From Rhodospirillales bacterium (GTDB lineage Bacteria > Pseudomonadota > Alphaproteobacteria > Bin95), in contig JAYQLI010000035.1 in assembly GCA_038143065.1 (NCBI GenBank), positions 1,888,894 through 1,952,893 of the forward strand: DNA of 64,000 nt. Direction: 5' to 3'. The notes beneath the pieces are model-generated. The model searched no databases and was not told the origin of the DNA. It saw only the letters and a program-made list of their open reading frames with translations. A program made the position numbers and the translations under genes. Of this stretch, positions 47,924-57,811 are shown one piece after another (positions within the stretch are counted from its first letter, which is position 1; every line of letters begins with the position of its first letter).

Positions 47924-49090
47924 CTAATCCAAAATTACGTGGGGAGTGAAACGACTGTCATCCGTCGTAATTCGGCCCCTGTCTTCCCGAATTCCAAGGC
48001 CCACTGGTTGGCTTGCAACTAGCCAAACACCCATTACCGGATGCATCTGATCGAAAGCAGGAAGAGGGGCAAGGGTCTGCAAAATTGAACCCTCTGCACC
48101 ATATGGGCCACTTGCGGTTTCAGAACTCCGCCCATCTTCGAAAATTTCGATGTTCGCTCCTTCGCGAGAAAAAAGCGGCTTCCGGACAAAATTTGGGCCA
48201 AGCGCATCTGAGTCCACAGCATCCTCAAAAAACGCAGGCAATAAATTGGGGTGTCCTGGCGCCAATTCCCAAAGGTATGGCAACATACCTTTGTTAGAGA
48301 GAATAGCCTTCCACGGCGGCTCAATTACTTTCATACGAGACCGCTGCAAATGTGCAGCAAATTCATCGGCCCAAATCCATTCCCACGGATACAGCTTGAA
48401 AAGATTGTAGATGCTGCGGTCCTCACCATCTACAAAGCCACCTAAGTCTGTAAGACCTATTGCAGTTATTGGCAAAAGGTAAGGGTTCAAACCCGCTTGT
48501 TCCGCGCAATCTGCTAAGTATTCAATAGTACCCAGGTCTTCCTCAGAATTTTCTTCACAAGCAAGATGCAAAGGTCCTTCGATTCCAAAGGCCTCAAAAG
48601 CTTCTATCAAAGTTTCATGTATTGAGTTGAATTGATCCGCATCTCTCGGCAATTGATCATTTTTTTGCAGATCTTCTAGCCAGCGCCATTGAAAAACCGC
48701 GGCTTCATAAAGAGCTGTGGGGGTATCTGCGTTGTACTCCAAAAGTTTTGCCTTGCCACCAGACTTTCCGGCATAGCTAAAATCCATACGGCCATACAAA
48801 TTTCGGGCTCTGTATTTCCATGACTGTTGAATATAGTCCCAAAAATTATTTGGAATTTTTAGTCTTTCTAATACCTCTTCATCACAACATGCACGCTCAA
48901 CAATAGCAAAACACATCTCTTCCAGCTCTGCAGCAGGCGCTTCGAGATCTTCTTCGATTTCTTCTAGAGGGAAAGAATAATAGGCATCCTCACGCCAATA
49001 AAGCTCGCCCCCAGGTGTATGGAAGCGAAACCCAAGTTCTTCGGCGACATTACGCCAGTCAGGGCGCTCATCAACTTTTATTCGTTTCAC
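47924..49090 (-). CDS. Glutathionylspermidine synthase-family ATP-grasp ligase (YgiC/YjfC-like)
   Basis: YW.E..YY, LYGRMD, KLLEYNADTPT.L.E, QFNSIHE, FKLYPWE, EPPWK.ILSNK, KP..SREG.N. Confidence 0.95.
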   Translation of the reverse strand: MKRIKVDERPDWRNVAEELGFRFHTPGGELYWREDAYYSFPLEEIEEDLEAPAAELEEMCFAIVERACCDEEVLERLKIPNNFWDYIQQSWKYRARNLYGRMDFSYAGKSGGKAKLLEYNADTPTALYEAAVFQWRWLEDLQKNDQLPRDADQFNSIHETLIEAFEAFGIEGPLHLACEENSEEDLGTIEYLADCAEQAGLNPYLLPITAIGLTDLGGFVDGEDRSIYNLFKLYPWEWIWADEFAAHLQRSRMKVIEPPWKAILSNKGMLPYLWELAPGHPNLLPAFFEDAVDSDALGPNFVRKPLFSREGANIEIFEDGRSSETASGPYGAEGSILQTLAPLPAFDQMHPVMGVWLVASQPVGLGIREDRGRITTDDSRFTPHVILD

Positions 49091-49711
49091 TTAACCACCG
49101 AAGCTGCGAATTCCAGTGGAACGTCCAGTACGGCCAAAGCCACCGCGAGCCATCAATCGGCCTGCTGGTGGACGAGCAGCTTTGCTTTTTGCAACAGATA
49201 CTGGACCGGTTTTAGCATCAACTGCTGCCCCTGCAGCTGTGCGCGCTGTGCCCGGCTTTGATCCAGTGTAGAGCGGCTGCGTAGCAACCGGGCCACCCAT
49301 TGCACGACCCATCATCCAGCCCACCATCAACGGCATCCAAAGGCCTCCACCTGTGGATGCATGCTGAGTCGTCTGATTGTCGCTACTTGTGCCAGGCTGC
49401 ACTGTATCTTTATTACCCATAGAAGCTGGCTTTTGGCAGGCCTGAGGGCCGTGCTCTGCTTCGCAGTCAGCAAGTGTTTGATAACGCGGGGCCACGCGAG
49501 CGTGTTCCTGCTGAGCAGTGGCAAATTGAGCCTTACAATAAGCTTCCGTAAACTCCCCAGAAGTAATGCACCCATCAACAGTGGCAAACTGGAAGGCATC
49601 CAATTTTTCTTCACAGCCAGTGAGAGCAAAAGCGGAAACTCCTACGCCCATAGCAATCAGGGTCACCTTGCGGGAGCGCTTTCGCGAGCTTGCGAGGTCT
49701 ATATCTTTCAT
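49091..49711 (-). CDS. DUF1190 family lipoprotein (YgiB/YjfM-like)
   Basis: RKRS basic start, lipobox LTGC, C...C...APRY....CE...G...C, P.M.G.MMG, QPLY, RGGFG tail. Confidence 0.9.
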   Translation of the reverse strand: MKDIDLASSRKRSRKVTLIAMGVGVSAFALTGCEEKLDAFQFATVDGCITSGEFTEAYCKAQFATAQQEHARVAPRYQTLADCEAEHGPQACQKPASMGNKDTVQPGTSSDNQTTQHASTGGGLWMPLMVGWMMGRAMGGPVATQPLYTGSKPGTARTAAGAAVDAKTGPVSVAKSKAARPPAGRLMARGGFGRTGRSTGIRSFGG

Positions 49712-49825
49712 TGCCGGTCCTCATAAAGAATTACTAAACACTTACTTCAAATAGGGCTCACGTTGAAAACTACCATAAGATTCAACGGCTGTCCGCCAGA
49801 GTTATGCCACAAAAATTTTTAAAGT

Positions 49826-51234
49826 CTAAATTTGGGGAATTTTATCAGCCCAAGGCAGGGCCTTTTCAAATGCCGCCGATGCCTGAAGCACTTCTAGATC
49901 TTTCATCCGTGGTCCAACAATTTGAAGACCAACAGGTAACCCGTTTTCTGTAAACCCACATGGAATTGAAGCCGCAGGATTGTGGCTCATATTGAAAGGG
50001 TAAGAAAACTCCGCCCATTGGACCCAATCCCATGGATGTTCCGGCCAATCTTCTGGCATCAAACGATCTGCAGGAAAGGCAGCAACAGAAACCGCAGGGG
50101 TAAGAAGTAAATCATATTCCTCAAAAAATCTGTGTATCGCCTCAACTTAAGCAAGTTTTCTCACACGCATCTCGACATAATCGGTAGCAGAATGGTTAGC
50201 CGCACTCTCAATGCAGGCCACTAGACCAGGGTCCATCTTATCTCGCCATTCAGGAAAATATTTTTGATAACCTAGTTCATGAGCTGCCCAGAAGAAGCGA
50301 ATGAGTTCGGGTCCCTGAGGGCCCCACATCGGCTTCACCTCCTCTACTGAAGCACCCATGTCCGAAAATACTTTCGCACCAGCCTCAGCCAAGGCTGCAA
50401 CTTCACGATCAACCCTCGCATGACCAAGATCTGAACTCCAGGCGATACGCAACCCTTTAACTGAATCAGTATCTAGTGCTCTAGAATAAGCAGAAGGAGG
50501 GGACTCCAGGCTGTAGTGGTCCCATGGATGAGGACCAGACATTACCTCCAGCATAAGTGCAGCATCACTCACAGTCCGTGTCATTGGCCCAATGTGGCTC
50601 GTCTGATCATTTGATGGAACTGGCCAATTCGGAACTCGCCCAAAACTTGGCTTGAGTCCATATATTCCACAAAAGTGCGCCGGCATTCTTACGGACCCAG
50701 CTCCATCAGAACCTTGATGGAGTGGCCCATAACCAGCAGCAGCTGCTGCACCCGCTCCAGCTGAGGATGCTCCTGCATTAAGACCATGAGCCCAAGGATT
50801 ATGAGTTATCCCAGTCAGGGGGCTGTGGCTAACTCCCTTCCAACCGAATTCACTTGTCGTTGTCTTTCCTAAAGGAATAGCCCCGGCTTCTTTCAGCCTT
50901 TGAACAAAGGGGGCATCAGTATCGGGCTGTCGTCCTTTTTCGATCCATGAACCACGCTCCGTAGGCATGTCACCTGTAACAGCTAGGTCCTTTATGGTCA
51001 CAGGTATCCCGAATAATGCTCCTCTTGCTTCTCCACTGGAAATTTTAGCTTCTGCATCCTTTGCAGAATTTAGGCGCGCTCAGGATCAAAATATGCAAAT
51101 GCGTTAATAGTTGGTTCCAACCGCTGAATTCGATCAACCACAGCCTGCATCACTTCAACTGGCGATATGCGCTTTGCTCGTATCATAGGGGCAAGCAAAC
51201 TTGCTGGAAGAAAACAGAGATCGTCGTCAGTCAT
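49826..51234 (-). pseudogene. Amidase-signature amidase with two lesions (-1 indel at 51073-51074 and in-frame TAA at 50147-50149)
   Basis: ATG 51234 MTDDDLCFLPA...ISPVEV; P.TIKD, GASSAGAG, GSDGAGSVRMPA; RKLA*VEAIHRFFEEYDLLLTP...PFNMS.NPA...GLPVGLQ. May be intact in vivo if both lesions are assembly errors. Confidence 0.75.
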
Positions 51235-51418
51235 TCCATAGCCTCATTGCATTAATGTCATATCAACATAATGGGCGCGTTAACTTCGTAGTCGCAAGTA
51301 AAAGCTTTGATAGTCAATAAACAGTGAAGTTTTCATGCCTTAATGGCATTAGGGATTCAGAAATTAAATTAGTGCGACCCCCGTTTATATATTTTGTGAA
51401 TTCAGACGCCCGATGGCT

Positions 51419-52003
51419 TTAATTAATAATCCCCTTGCCTATCAAAATGAAAATGATTGCGGCAATACCAATAATCAGCGTCACTAAAGTAAGCCGTTTT
51501 TCTATAAATTGACGGATCTGCTCTCCAAAACGCCAGAGTAGTGCTGCTTCGATTAAGAAGCGGCCTCCGCGCGCCAGAAAACTAGCTATGACAAAGCTTC
51601 CTAGGTCCATCGACATAGCCCCAGATGCTATAGTCACAACCTTAAAAGGGAATGGAGTAAAAGCAGCGAATGCGACAATCATAAAACCTTGCTCTGCATA
51701 GAGAAGTCGTAGATCAGCCATCGCAGCTTGGCCACCGTATATCCCTAGGATGGTCTGCCCTATGGTTGCAAAAAAAAGAGCACCAATTGCATACCCTAAG
51801 ACGCCACCCAAAACCGACCCCAAAGTACAGATGCCTGCAAAAGCAAATGATTGTGCTCGGCGCGCGAGACACATTGGAACAAGCAAAACATCGGGGGGAA
51901 TGGGAAATATTGAGCTTTCGGCAAAAGAAATAATGAACAACCATACTTTAGCTGCTGGGCTAGCTGCTTTTTTTAAAGTCCAATCATATAATCTCCCAAG
52001 CAT
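51419..52003 (-). CDS. YqaA / DedA-like (SNARE-associated) membrane protein
   Basis: SFAESSIFPIPPD, GSVLGG..GY.IG, FTP.PFKV.TI.SG, AR..RF. Confidence 0.92.
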   Translation of the reverse strand: MLGRLYDWTLKKAASPAAKVWLFIISFAESSIFPIPPDVLLVPMCLARRAQSFAFAGICTLGSVLGGVLGYAIGALFFATIGQTILGIYGGQAAMADLRLLYAEQGFMIVAFAAFTPFPFKVVTIASGAMSMDLGSFVIASFLARGGRFLIEAALLWRFGEQIRQFIEKRLTLVTLIIGIAAIIFILIGKGIIN

Positions 52004-53009
52004 CAGGCCACAGGCCTTTCACGAAGGGGTAAACCATAGCTGCTGCTGCTGCTATTACTTCGGGCCCGGCATATTCTTTTGTGGCATTCTCCGATAAATG
52101 ACGACGAAATGCGCGAGCTCCCGGACGCCCTTGGAAAAGGCCTAAAATATGGCGGGCAATAGCCTGTAATCGATCTCCTGCTGTAAGCCTGTCTTCAACA
52201 TAAGGGAGCAATTTCTGAATGACTTGCTCAGGTGTTTTGATAGGCGATAGAGACTGAAAAAAAATAGGGTCTACTGCAGCTAGTAGCCATGGCTGCTGAT
52301 AGGGCACACGACCAAGCATAACGCCATCAACACCTCCTGCTATCTCAGCAACTCCAGTATCAAGATCTGAAATACCCCCATTCAAGATGATCGTCAGATC
52401 TGGACGTTCACGCTTGAGTTGTTGGACTAAGGGATAATTTAATGGTGGAACATCTCGATTTTGTTTTGGGCTTAAGCCTTTCAACCATGCCTTTCGAGCA
52501 TGAATTATAAACACTTTGCAATCTTCTGCTGCAACAGTCTCTACAAACTCAAAAAGCCTTGCCTGTTCGTCGTCATCATCAACTCCCAAGCGGCATTTAA
52601 CTGTCACAGGAACCCCTACCACATCTTGCATAGCCTTTATGCAATCAGCGACTAGTTTTGGCTCTCGCATTAGGCATGCACCAAAAGCCCCCGATTGCAC
52701 TCTGTCGCTAGGACACCCACAATTCAGGTTAATTTCATCATAACCAAAGCTAGCCCCAATCTGAGCAGCAATGGCCAATTCCTTTCTGTCCGCGCCACCA
52801 ATTTGCAGAGCAACTGGATGTTCTGCAACGTCAAAGGCCAGTAACCGCTCTCGGTCCCCGTTGAGAATTGCGCCCGCAGTAAGCATTTCCGTATAAAGGA
52901 TAGATTGGCGCGTTAGGATACGATGAAAGAAACGGCAGTGCCGGTCAGTCCAATCCATCATCGGCGCCACAGAAAATGCCCGGTTTTTTGCAATAGGGTC
53001 TAAACTCAT
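51984..53009 (-). CDS. dusA: tRNA dihydrouridine(20/20a) synthase
   Basis: SVAPMMDWTDRHCR, EINLNCGCPSDRVQSG.FGACLM, HARKAWL.GLSPKQNR. Confidence 0.96.
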   Translation of the reverse strand: MSLDPIAKNRAFSVAPMMDWTDRHCRFFHRILTRQSILYTEMLTAGAILNGDRERLLAFDVAEHPVALQIGGADRKELAIAAQIGASFGYDEINLNCGCPSDRVQSGAFGACLMREPKLVADCIKAMQDVVGVPVTVKCRLGVDDDDEQARLFEFVETVAAEDCKVFIIHARKAWLKGLSPKQNRDVPPLNYPLVQQLKRERPDLTIILNGGISDLDTGVAEIAGGVDGVMLGRVPYQQPWLLAAVDPIFFQSLSPIKTPEQVIQKLLPYVEDRLTAGDRLQAIARHILGLFQGRPGARAFRRHLSENATKEYAGPEVIAAAAAMVYPFVKGLWPDAWEII

Positions 53010-53034
53010 GGAGTTCTTCTGCCTGCAAATTTCA

Positions 53035-53044
53035 TTGTCGACAA
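53035..53044. promoter_or_regulatory. Perfect palindrome TTGTCGACAA (GntR-type operator-like) in a divergent intergenic region
   Basis: 10-bp palindrome between the dusA and kinase-AAA starts. Confidence 0.25.
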
Positions 53045-53078
53045 GAATAAGTGTTAGATCTCGCTGAGGAGGAGCACT

Positions 53079-54629
53079 TTGATTAGCCCCAGTATTTTAG
53101 AGGATCAGCGCTCTCTTATTGCTTTTTTAAGCAAACCCGGAGTTCTCGGCGAGAGTACTCCTCAAAAAGTTGATACTCTTGGTGCGGTAGTTTTCCTCGC
53201 TAAAGACAAAGCTTTTAAATTGAAACGAGCTGTTTCTTTTAGCTTCATGGACTTTGGTGACAGGAGCAAACGCGACAATGCTGCCAAGGCAGAATTAATC
53301 CTTAATAGGAGAACGGCTAAAAAGCTCTACTTGGGCCTCACGCCCGTTTATCAAATTGGCGAGTCTTTTCATTTGGGAGAGCTTTCTGAAGAAATTGACC
53401 ATGCCCCAAATGCTGTGGCGCATCTTGTAACCATGCGCCGCTTCAAGAATGGACATACTTTAGACCAGCTTGGCGATGCAGGAGAGCTAGAAAGTGTACT
53501 GATTGATCAGCTTGCTGACACCATTGCTGATTTCCATGCCCAAACGCCACCTGCTTACAGAGGCGCTGCGGCAACATCTTTGACGTTTTCAGCGCGCCGG
53601 ACAGCCCGAGATATTCTAGATGCAAAAAATCTCTTGGGAGAGAATTCTACTACTTTGGTTGGAAAAATTGAGGATGCACTAGCCAGATATAAATCTGAGA
53701 TAAATCATCGTGGAGCAAATGGGTGTGTAAAAAGACTTCATGGCGACCTGCATTTAGCTAACGTCGCTCGAATCGATAATTCCCCAGTAATTTTCGATGC
53801 TCTTGAATTCGACAATGACATGGCCACTGTCGATGAGCTACATGACTTAGCATTCCTCATAATGGATCTTTGGGCGAGGAATGCTCATTTTCTAGCCGCA
53901 AGAGTATGGAGCCGGTATTTAGCAACTAGCGGAAAATATGAAGGACTCGCATTAGCTCCTTTGTTCATTTCTATGAGAGCAGCTGTTCGAGCTAAAATAG
54001 CACTTCATGCAGCAGAAAATTCGAAAGGAAATGATAGAGAATGTAAACTCACTGAAGCTAAGCACTACGTCCAGACCGCTTTAAATGCATTGGCGGAACC
54101 AAAGCCACGCTTGATCGCGATTGGTGGACTGTCAGGATCAGGAAAAACGACTCTAGCTCATGCTCTAGCTCCCTTGCTAGCGCCAGCAGTGGGAGCGGTC
54201 CACTTAAGATCAGATGGGATCCGAAAGAGGCGAGCAGGCCTGCATTTTCACGTAAAATTACCTAAATCAGCTTATTCGTCTTCAGAAAACATAGCTGTGT
54301 ATGAGACTCTTTTGAATGAGGCAAAAGCAGTTCTTCTTCAGGGAAGTCCTGTTATTGTCGACGCTGTATTTGCTAGGTCAGATGAACGAAAAGCCATTCA
54401 GCAAGTAGCGGAGCAGCTAAACCTTCCTTTTAACGGCTTTTGGCTAGAAGCAGATCTTATTGAAAGGCAGCAACGTATCGTTGGGCGAAAAGTTGATATC
54501 TCAGATGCAACACCCGCTGTTGCAGCCCGACAGGAAAATTATGAACTTGGACACATTTACTGGCAGCGGCTTAATGCACTTGAAAGCCCGCTAGCGGTTG
54601 TAATGGAAGAGCTTCACCTTCAAGGGTAG
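53079..54629 (+). CDS. Aminoglycoside-phosphotransferase-like / P-loop kinase fusion (Rv2004c-like)
   Basis: AFKLKR.V...F.DF, EL.LNRR.A, HGDLHL.N, FDALEF, DLAFL.MDL, then GGLSGSGKTT...RSD..RK. Confidence 0.9.
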   Translation: MISPSILEDQRSLIAFLSKPGVLGESTPQKVDTLGAVVFLAKDKAFKLKRAVSFSFMDFGDRSKRDNAAKAELILNRRTAKKLYLGLTPVYQIGESFHLGELSEEIDHAPNAVAHLVTMRRFKNGHTLDQLGDAGELESVLIDQLADTIADFHAQTPPAYRGAAATSLTFSARRTARDILDAKNLLGENSTTLVGKIEDALARYKSEINHRGANGCVKRLHGDLHLANVARIDNSPVIFDALEFDNDMATVDELHDLAFLIMDLWARNAHFLAARVWSRYLATSGKYEGLALAPLFISMRAAVRAKIALHAAENSKGNDRECKLTEAKHYVQTALNALAEPKPRLIAIGGLSGSGKTTLAHALAPLLAPAVGAVHLRSDGIRKRRAGLHFHVKLPKSAYSSSENIAVYETLLNEAKAVLLQGSPVIVDAVFARSDERKAIQQVAEQLNLPFNGFWLEADLIERQQRIVGRKVDISDATPAVAARQENYELGHIYWQRLNALESPLAVVMEELHLQG

Positions 54630-55360
54630 CCCACCTCCATTAAACAAAGGCCTTGCGCTGGCGCTGTTGGTCCGGCGGCAGAGCGATCTTTTGCTCTTAA
54701 TGCCGTTAATACTTCATCTGGCGACCAAGCCCCTTCACCAACCTTAACTAAAGTTCCTGCAGTGATTCGAACTTGATTATGCAAAAAGGATCTCGCTTCA
54801 ACATCAAGCCAAATTTCATCTTCATGGCTGGAAACTACGAGGTGATCTAATGTCTTCAGGGGAGACTTTGCCTGACACTGAACCGAACGAAAGCTGGTAA
54901 AATCGTGGTGGCCGATAAGAAAGTTCGCGGCTACTTGCATCTTGGACACATCTAACGGCTTACCAAAAAACCACACTTGTCCCCGAGCCAAGGCTGGTGG
55001 GCTTCGTCTATTTAGTATCCTGTAACGATACCTTCGGCGAATTGCAGAAAAACGTGCATCGAAACTCTCTGAAGTCTCGACCACATCTAGAATTGAAACA
55101 AGGTGTGGTCGGAGATGAAAATTACATCCATCACGCAGATTTTTTATAGGCAAGGGTTGATCTAAATCGAAGTGTGCTACTTGCCCGACTGCGTGCACAC
55201 CCGCATCTGTTCTACCCGCCGCCTGAACACGAGGATGCTCCCCTGTTAAACGCTCCAGAGCTGTCTCAATAGCTTCTTGTACTGAGATCCCATTAGATTG
55301 ACGCTGCCAGCCAACAAAAGCTGACCCATCATACTCTATCGTTATTCGGTAACGCGGCAT
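54620..55360 (-). CDS. truA: tRNA pseudouridine(38-40) synthase
   Basis: EYDG..F.GWQRQ, AGRTDAGVHA.GQV, FDARFSA, SFLHNQVR, GPTAP..GL. Confidence 0.97.
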   Translation of the reverse strand: MPRYRITIEYDGSAFVGWQRQSNGISVQEAIETALERLTGEHPRVQAAGRTDAGVHAVGQVAHFDLDQPLPIKNLRDGCNFHLRPHLVSILDVVETSESFDARFSAIRRRYRYRILNRRSPPALARGQVWFFGKPLDVSKMQVAANFLIGHHDFTSFRSVQCQAKSPLKTLDHLVVSSHEDEIWLDVEARSFLHNQVRITAGTLVKVGEGAWSPDEVLTALRAKDRSAAGPTAPAQGLCLMEVGYP

Positions 55361-56276
55361 TAGCGGGTAAAAGCGTTGCCTGCCAGCATGGGATAGCCGC
55401 GGAGGAATGATGAGGCGTCCATCATAGCTTTCCCTGGTCGCTGTAGAGCCTGAATGCGAATTGCACCCCGTCCCGTACCAACGAGTAGGTTGTCATCTAA
55501 AAGACTACCAGGAGAACCTTCATCCGCCTCCAAACTACATGCTCCTATTTTGAATTCTTCACCAGAAAATCTGCTCCAAGCCTTAGGGAAAGGGCTAAGA
55601 GCGCGAATGTGGCGATCAATCTCAACGGCCGGTTGGGTCCAATCTATAAGGCAATCTTCTTTATTCAACTTTTGAGCATATGTAATCCCAGTAGAGGGTT
55701 GAGGGGTTGGTTTTACGGAACCTTCCTCCAAACCGGCCAAAGTTGGAACTATAAGACGCGCGCCAATCTCAGAGAGCCTATCATGTAACTCACCACCAGA
55801 AGTTTTACATCCTATTGGCGTTACTTCCGTTAGCAACATTGGACCGGTGTCGAGACCTTCATCCATCGCCATCGTAACAACACCTGTTTCGGAGTCACCT
55901 GCCATGATGGCCCTCTGAATAGGTGCCGCACCGCGCCAGCGTGGCAAGAGAGAAGCATGGATGTTGACGCAGCCAAATTTTGGGGCGGTCAAAATAGGTT
56001 CTGGCAGAATGAGGCCATAAGCAGCGACAATCGCACAATCCAACCGCAAATTTGAGAACTCTTTTTGCACTTCTGTGTTACGAAGTGACTTGGGGGTCCG
56101 AACCTCAATTCCAGCTGACATTGCCGAAATATGGACAGCGATGGTTTAAGTTTTTGTCCTCGTCCTGAAGGCCTAGGCGGTTGAGTGTAAACAGCAGCTA
56201 TATCATGACCAGCTGCAATCAACGCCTGCAGTGCCGGCTCTGAAAAACTCGGCGTTCCCATGAAGGCAAGGCGCAT
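55360..56276 (-). CDS. fmt: Methionyl-tRNA formyltransferase, split by a -1 indel near 56138
   Basis: [24 protein letters not shown] joins VH...[32 protein letters not shown]. Confidence 0.96.
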
Positions 56277-56279
56277 TTT

Positions 56280-56816
56280 TTAATCCCTCAGCGTGCGCTT
56301 TCCAGCTCGTTGCGCCTTAAGTTTCTTCATTTTTGTTAATGCCATGTTTCGTTTGAGCATCGAAACGTGATCAATGAAAAGGATCCCATTGAGATGATCT
56401 ATCTCATGCTGAATACATCTAGCCATAAGGCCATCGGCCTCTTGTTCGCGCTCAGTGCCAGTTTCATCAAGATATGTAAACTTGACCCTCTCCGGCCTCT
56501 TCACATCATAATAAACGTCGGGAATTGATAGGCACCCCTCGCTCATAAGGCACGTTTCGTCAGAAAACCAAGTAACCTCTGGGTTGACCAATTTCATGGG
56601 CGCTGGTGGGTCACCTTCCCGAGCAACATCTATAACAACGAGGCGACGTTCATCACCAATCTGAGGGCCAGCTAAACCAATACCTGGTGCTTCGTACATA
56701 GTCACCAACATTTCATCTAGCCGACGTCTTATCGAATCGTCTACCTCATCGATTGGTTTGCAGCGAGTTTTAAGGCGTCTATCCGGAGCGATGAGGATTG
56801 GTACAGAGCTAACCAC
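56280..56816 (-). CDS. def: Peptide deformylase
   Basis: GIGLAGPQIG, EGCLS, QHEIDHLNG. GTG 56816 overlaps the upstream TAG. Confidence 0.97.
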   Translation of the reverse strand: MVSSVPILIAPDRRLKTRCKPIDEVDDSIRRRLDEMLVTMYEAPGIGLAGPQIGDERRLVVIDVAREGDPPAPMKLVNPEVTWFSDETCLMSEGCLSIPDVYYDVKRPERVKFTYLDETGTEREQEADGLMARCIQHEIDHLNGILFIDHVSMLKRNMALTKMKKLKAQRAGKRTLRD

Positions 56817-57202
56817 TACGTAATCCTCTTCCAATAACTGTCTTTGATCGAAATCTTGCCATCACGAAAGCTATAAATGTCAGTTCCTCGTACATCAATA
56901 ATTTGGCCGTTTTTGTATGCCCCAGTCGCCCTAAAACGGCCAACAATGTGATTATCCCCAAACATTAATTCCGTTTCGGAAAACCGAAGGCTTTCTATTA
57001 TCTTTGCCCTTGATTCAAGAGCACTACGAACGGCGTCCCGTCCCTTTACTACGCGACCATCTGGTGTGTCAGGGCCTTCATGTAACCGCCATTCAAAATC
57101 ATCGGTTACTTGCCGCAGAATGCCATCAATATCACCACTATTAAAAGCCTTACCGAAAGCCTTCAGGACAATAGTGGCGGCATCACGGTCAATTGCACCC
57201 AT
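56816..57202 (-). CDS. NTF2/SnoaL-like protein
   Basis: F..AFN..D.D.I....T.D, G..AVR, G.D.Y.FRDGKI..KDSYWK. Confidence 0.85.
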   Translation of the reverse strand: MGAIDRDAATIVLKAFGKAFNSGDIDGILRQVTDDFEWRLHEGPDTPDGRVVKGRDAVRSALESRAKIIESLRFSETELMFGDNHIVGRFRATGAYKNGQIIDVRGTDIYSFRDGKISIKDSYWKRIT

Positions 57203-57237
57203 TTCAAACCCTCCTTGTACCCCGTGTATTTATAAGA

Positions 57238-57259
57238 TGACCCCGAGCCGTAGGGGTCA
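57238..57259. promoter_or_regulatory. Perfect dyad TGACCCC-N8-GGGGTCA overlapping a TTGACC -35-like element
   Basis: Minus strand reads CTTGACCCCTACGGCTCGGGGTCATCTTATAAAT upstream of the SnoaL-def-fmt-truA run. Confidence 0.35.
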
Positions 57260-57334
57260 AGCAATTTGAATTCTTTTGGGAAATTGTCTTTTATTCCTAG
57301 CCATCAGGCTATTGTAAAAGTATAGAGTTCTTCC

Positions 57335-57811
57335 ATGCGGTTTTTAATTGCGTTAGTCCTCATAGGTCTCTTATTTCCTGCAGCTGCACGTAGCGAATGT
57401 AAAGTCGCTCCTCAGCCTAAGTTGCGCTCGACACCATTGGAAATTGAAACGTCGAGGGGAAAGCATAAACTAATGGTTGAATTGGCCGTGAAAGAACAAG
57501 AACGGGCATGCGGCCTCATGCAGCGGCCAAGACTAGAACCCTCTACTGGAATGCTTTTTAAGCAACACAAGATAGGACCAGCCTGGTTTTGGATGAAAAA
57601 CACGCCAGAGCCGCTAGACATGTTATTCCTAGATACAGACGGCAGAGTGCTTAAAATAGAAAAGCAAACCATTCCTTTTACAACCAATGTTTATGGAACA
57701 TCGGAGAATGTGTCTGCGGTTTTGGAGCTATTAGCAGGAACGGCCGCGAGACTTTCGATAAAGCCTGGCGACCGCGTAATCCATTACTGGTTTGAGAAAC
57801 CTAGAAACTAG
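57335..57811 (+). CDS. DUF192 family exported protein
   Basis: VELA....R..GLM.R, GMLF, FWMKNT..PLDMLF, VLEL.AG......I..GD. Confidence 0.92.
   Translation: MRFLIALVLIGLLFPAAARSECKVAPQPKLRSTPLEIETSRGKHKLMVELAVKEQERACGLMQRPRLEPSTGMLFKQHKIGPAWFWMKNTPEPLDMLFLDTDGRVLKIEKQTIPFTTNVYGTSENVSAVLELLAGTAARLSIKPGDRVIHYWFEKPRN

Noticed and set aside
39092-50149. Stop-codon reassignment or pyrrolysine-type recoding suggested by the in-frame TAG (soxA) and TAA (amidase)
   Set aside because: TAG and TAA both terminate many intact genes here (e.g. TAG at 5265, 13838 and rplI). The two cases use different codons, and no suppressor tRNA or pyl genes are visible.
51984-52040. 20-bp overlap of dusA with the YqaA gene
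   Set aside because: One extra base near 52033 would end dusA at a standard TGATG junction, so this is probably another indel rather than a meaningful overlap.
9997-56138. Programmed ribosomal frameshifting or phase variation at the split genes
   Set aside because: The runs are short (2-7 nt), share no slippery motif or stimulatory structure, and occur in housekeeping genes such as ribF and fmt. Sequencing error is simpler.
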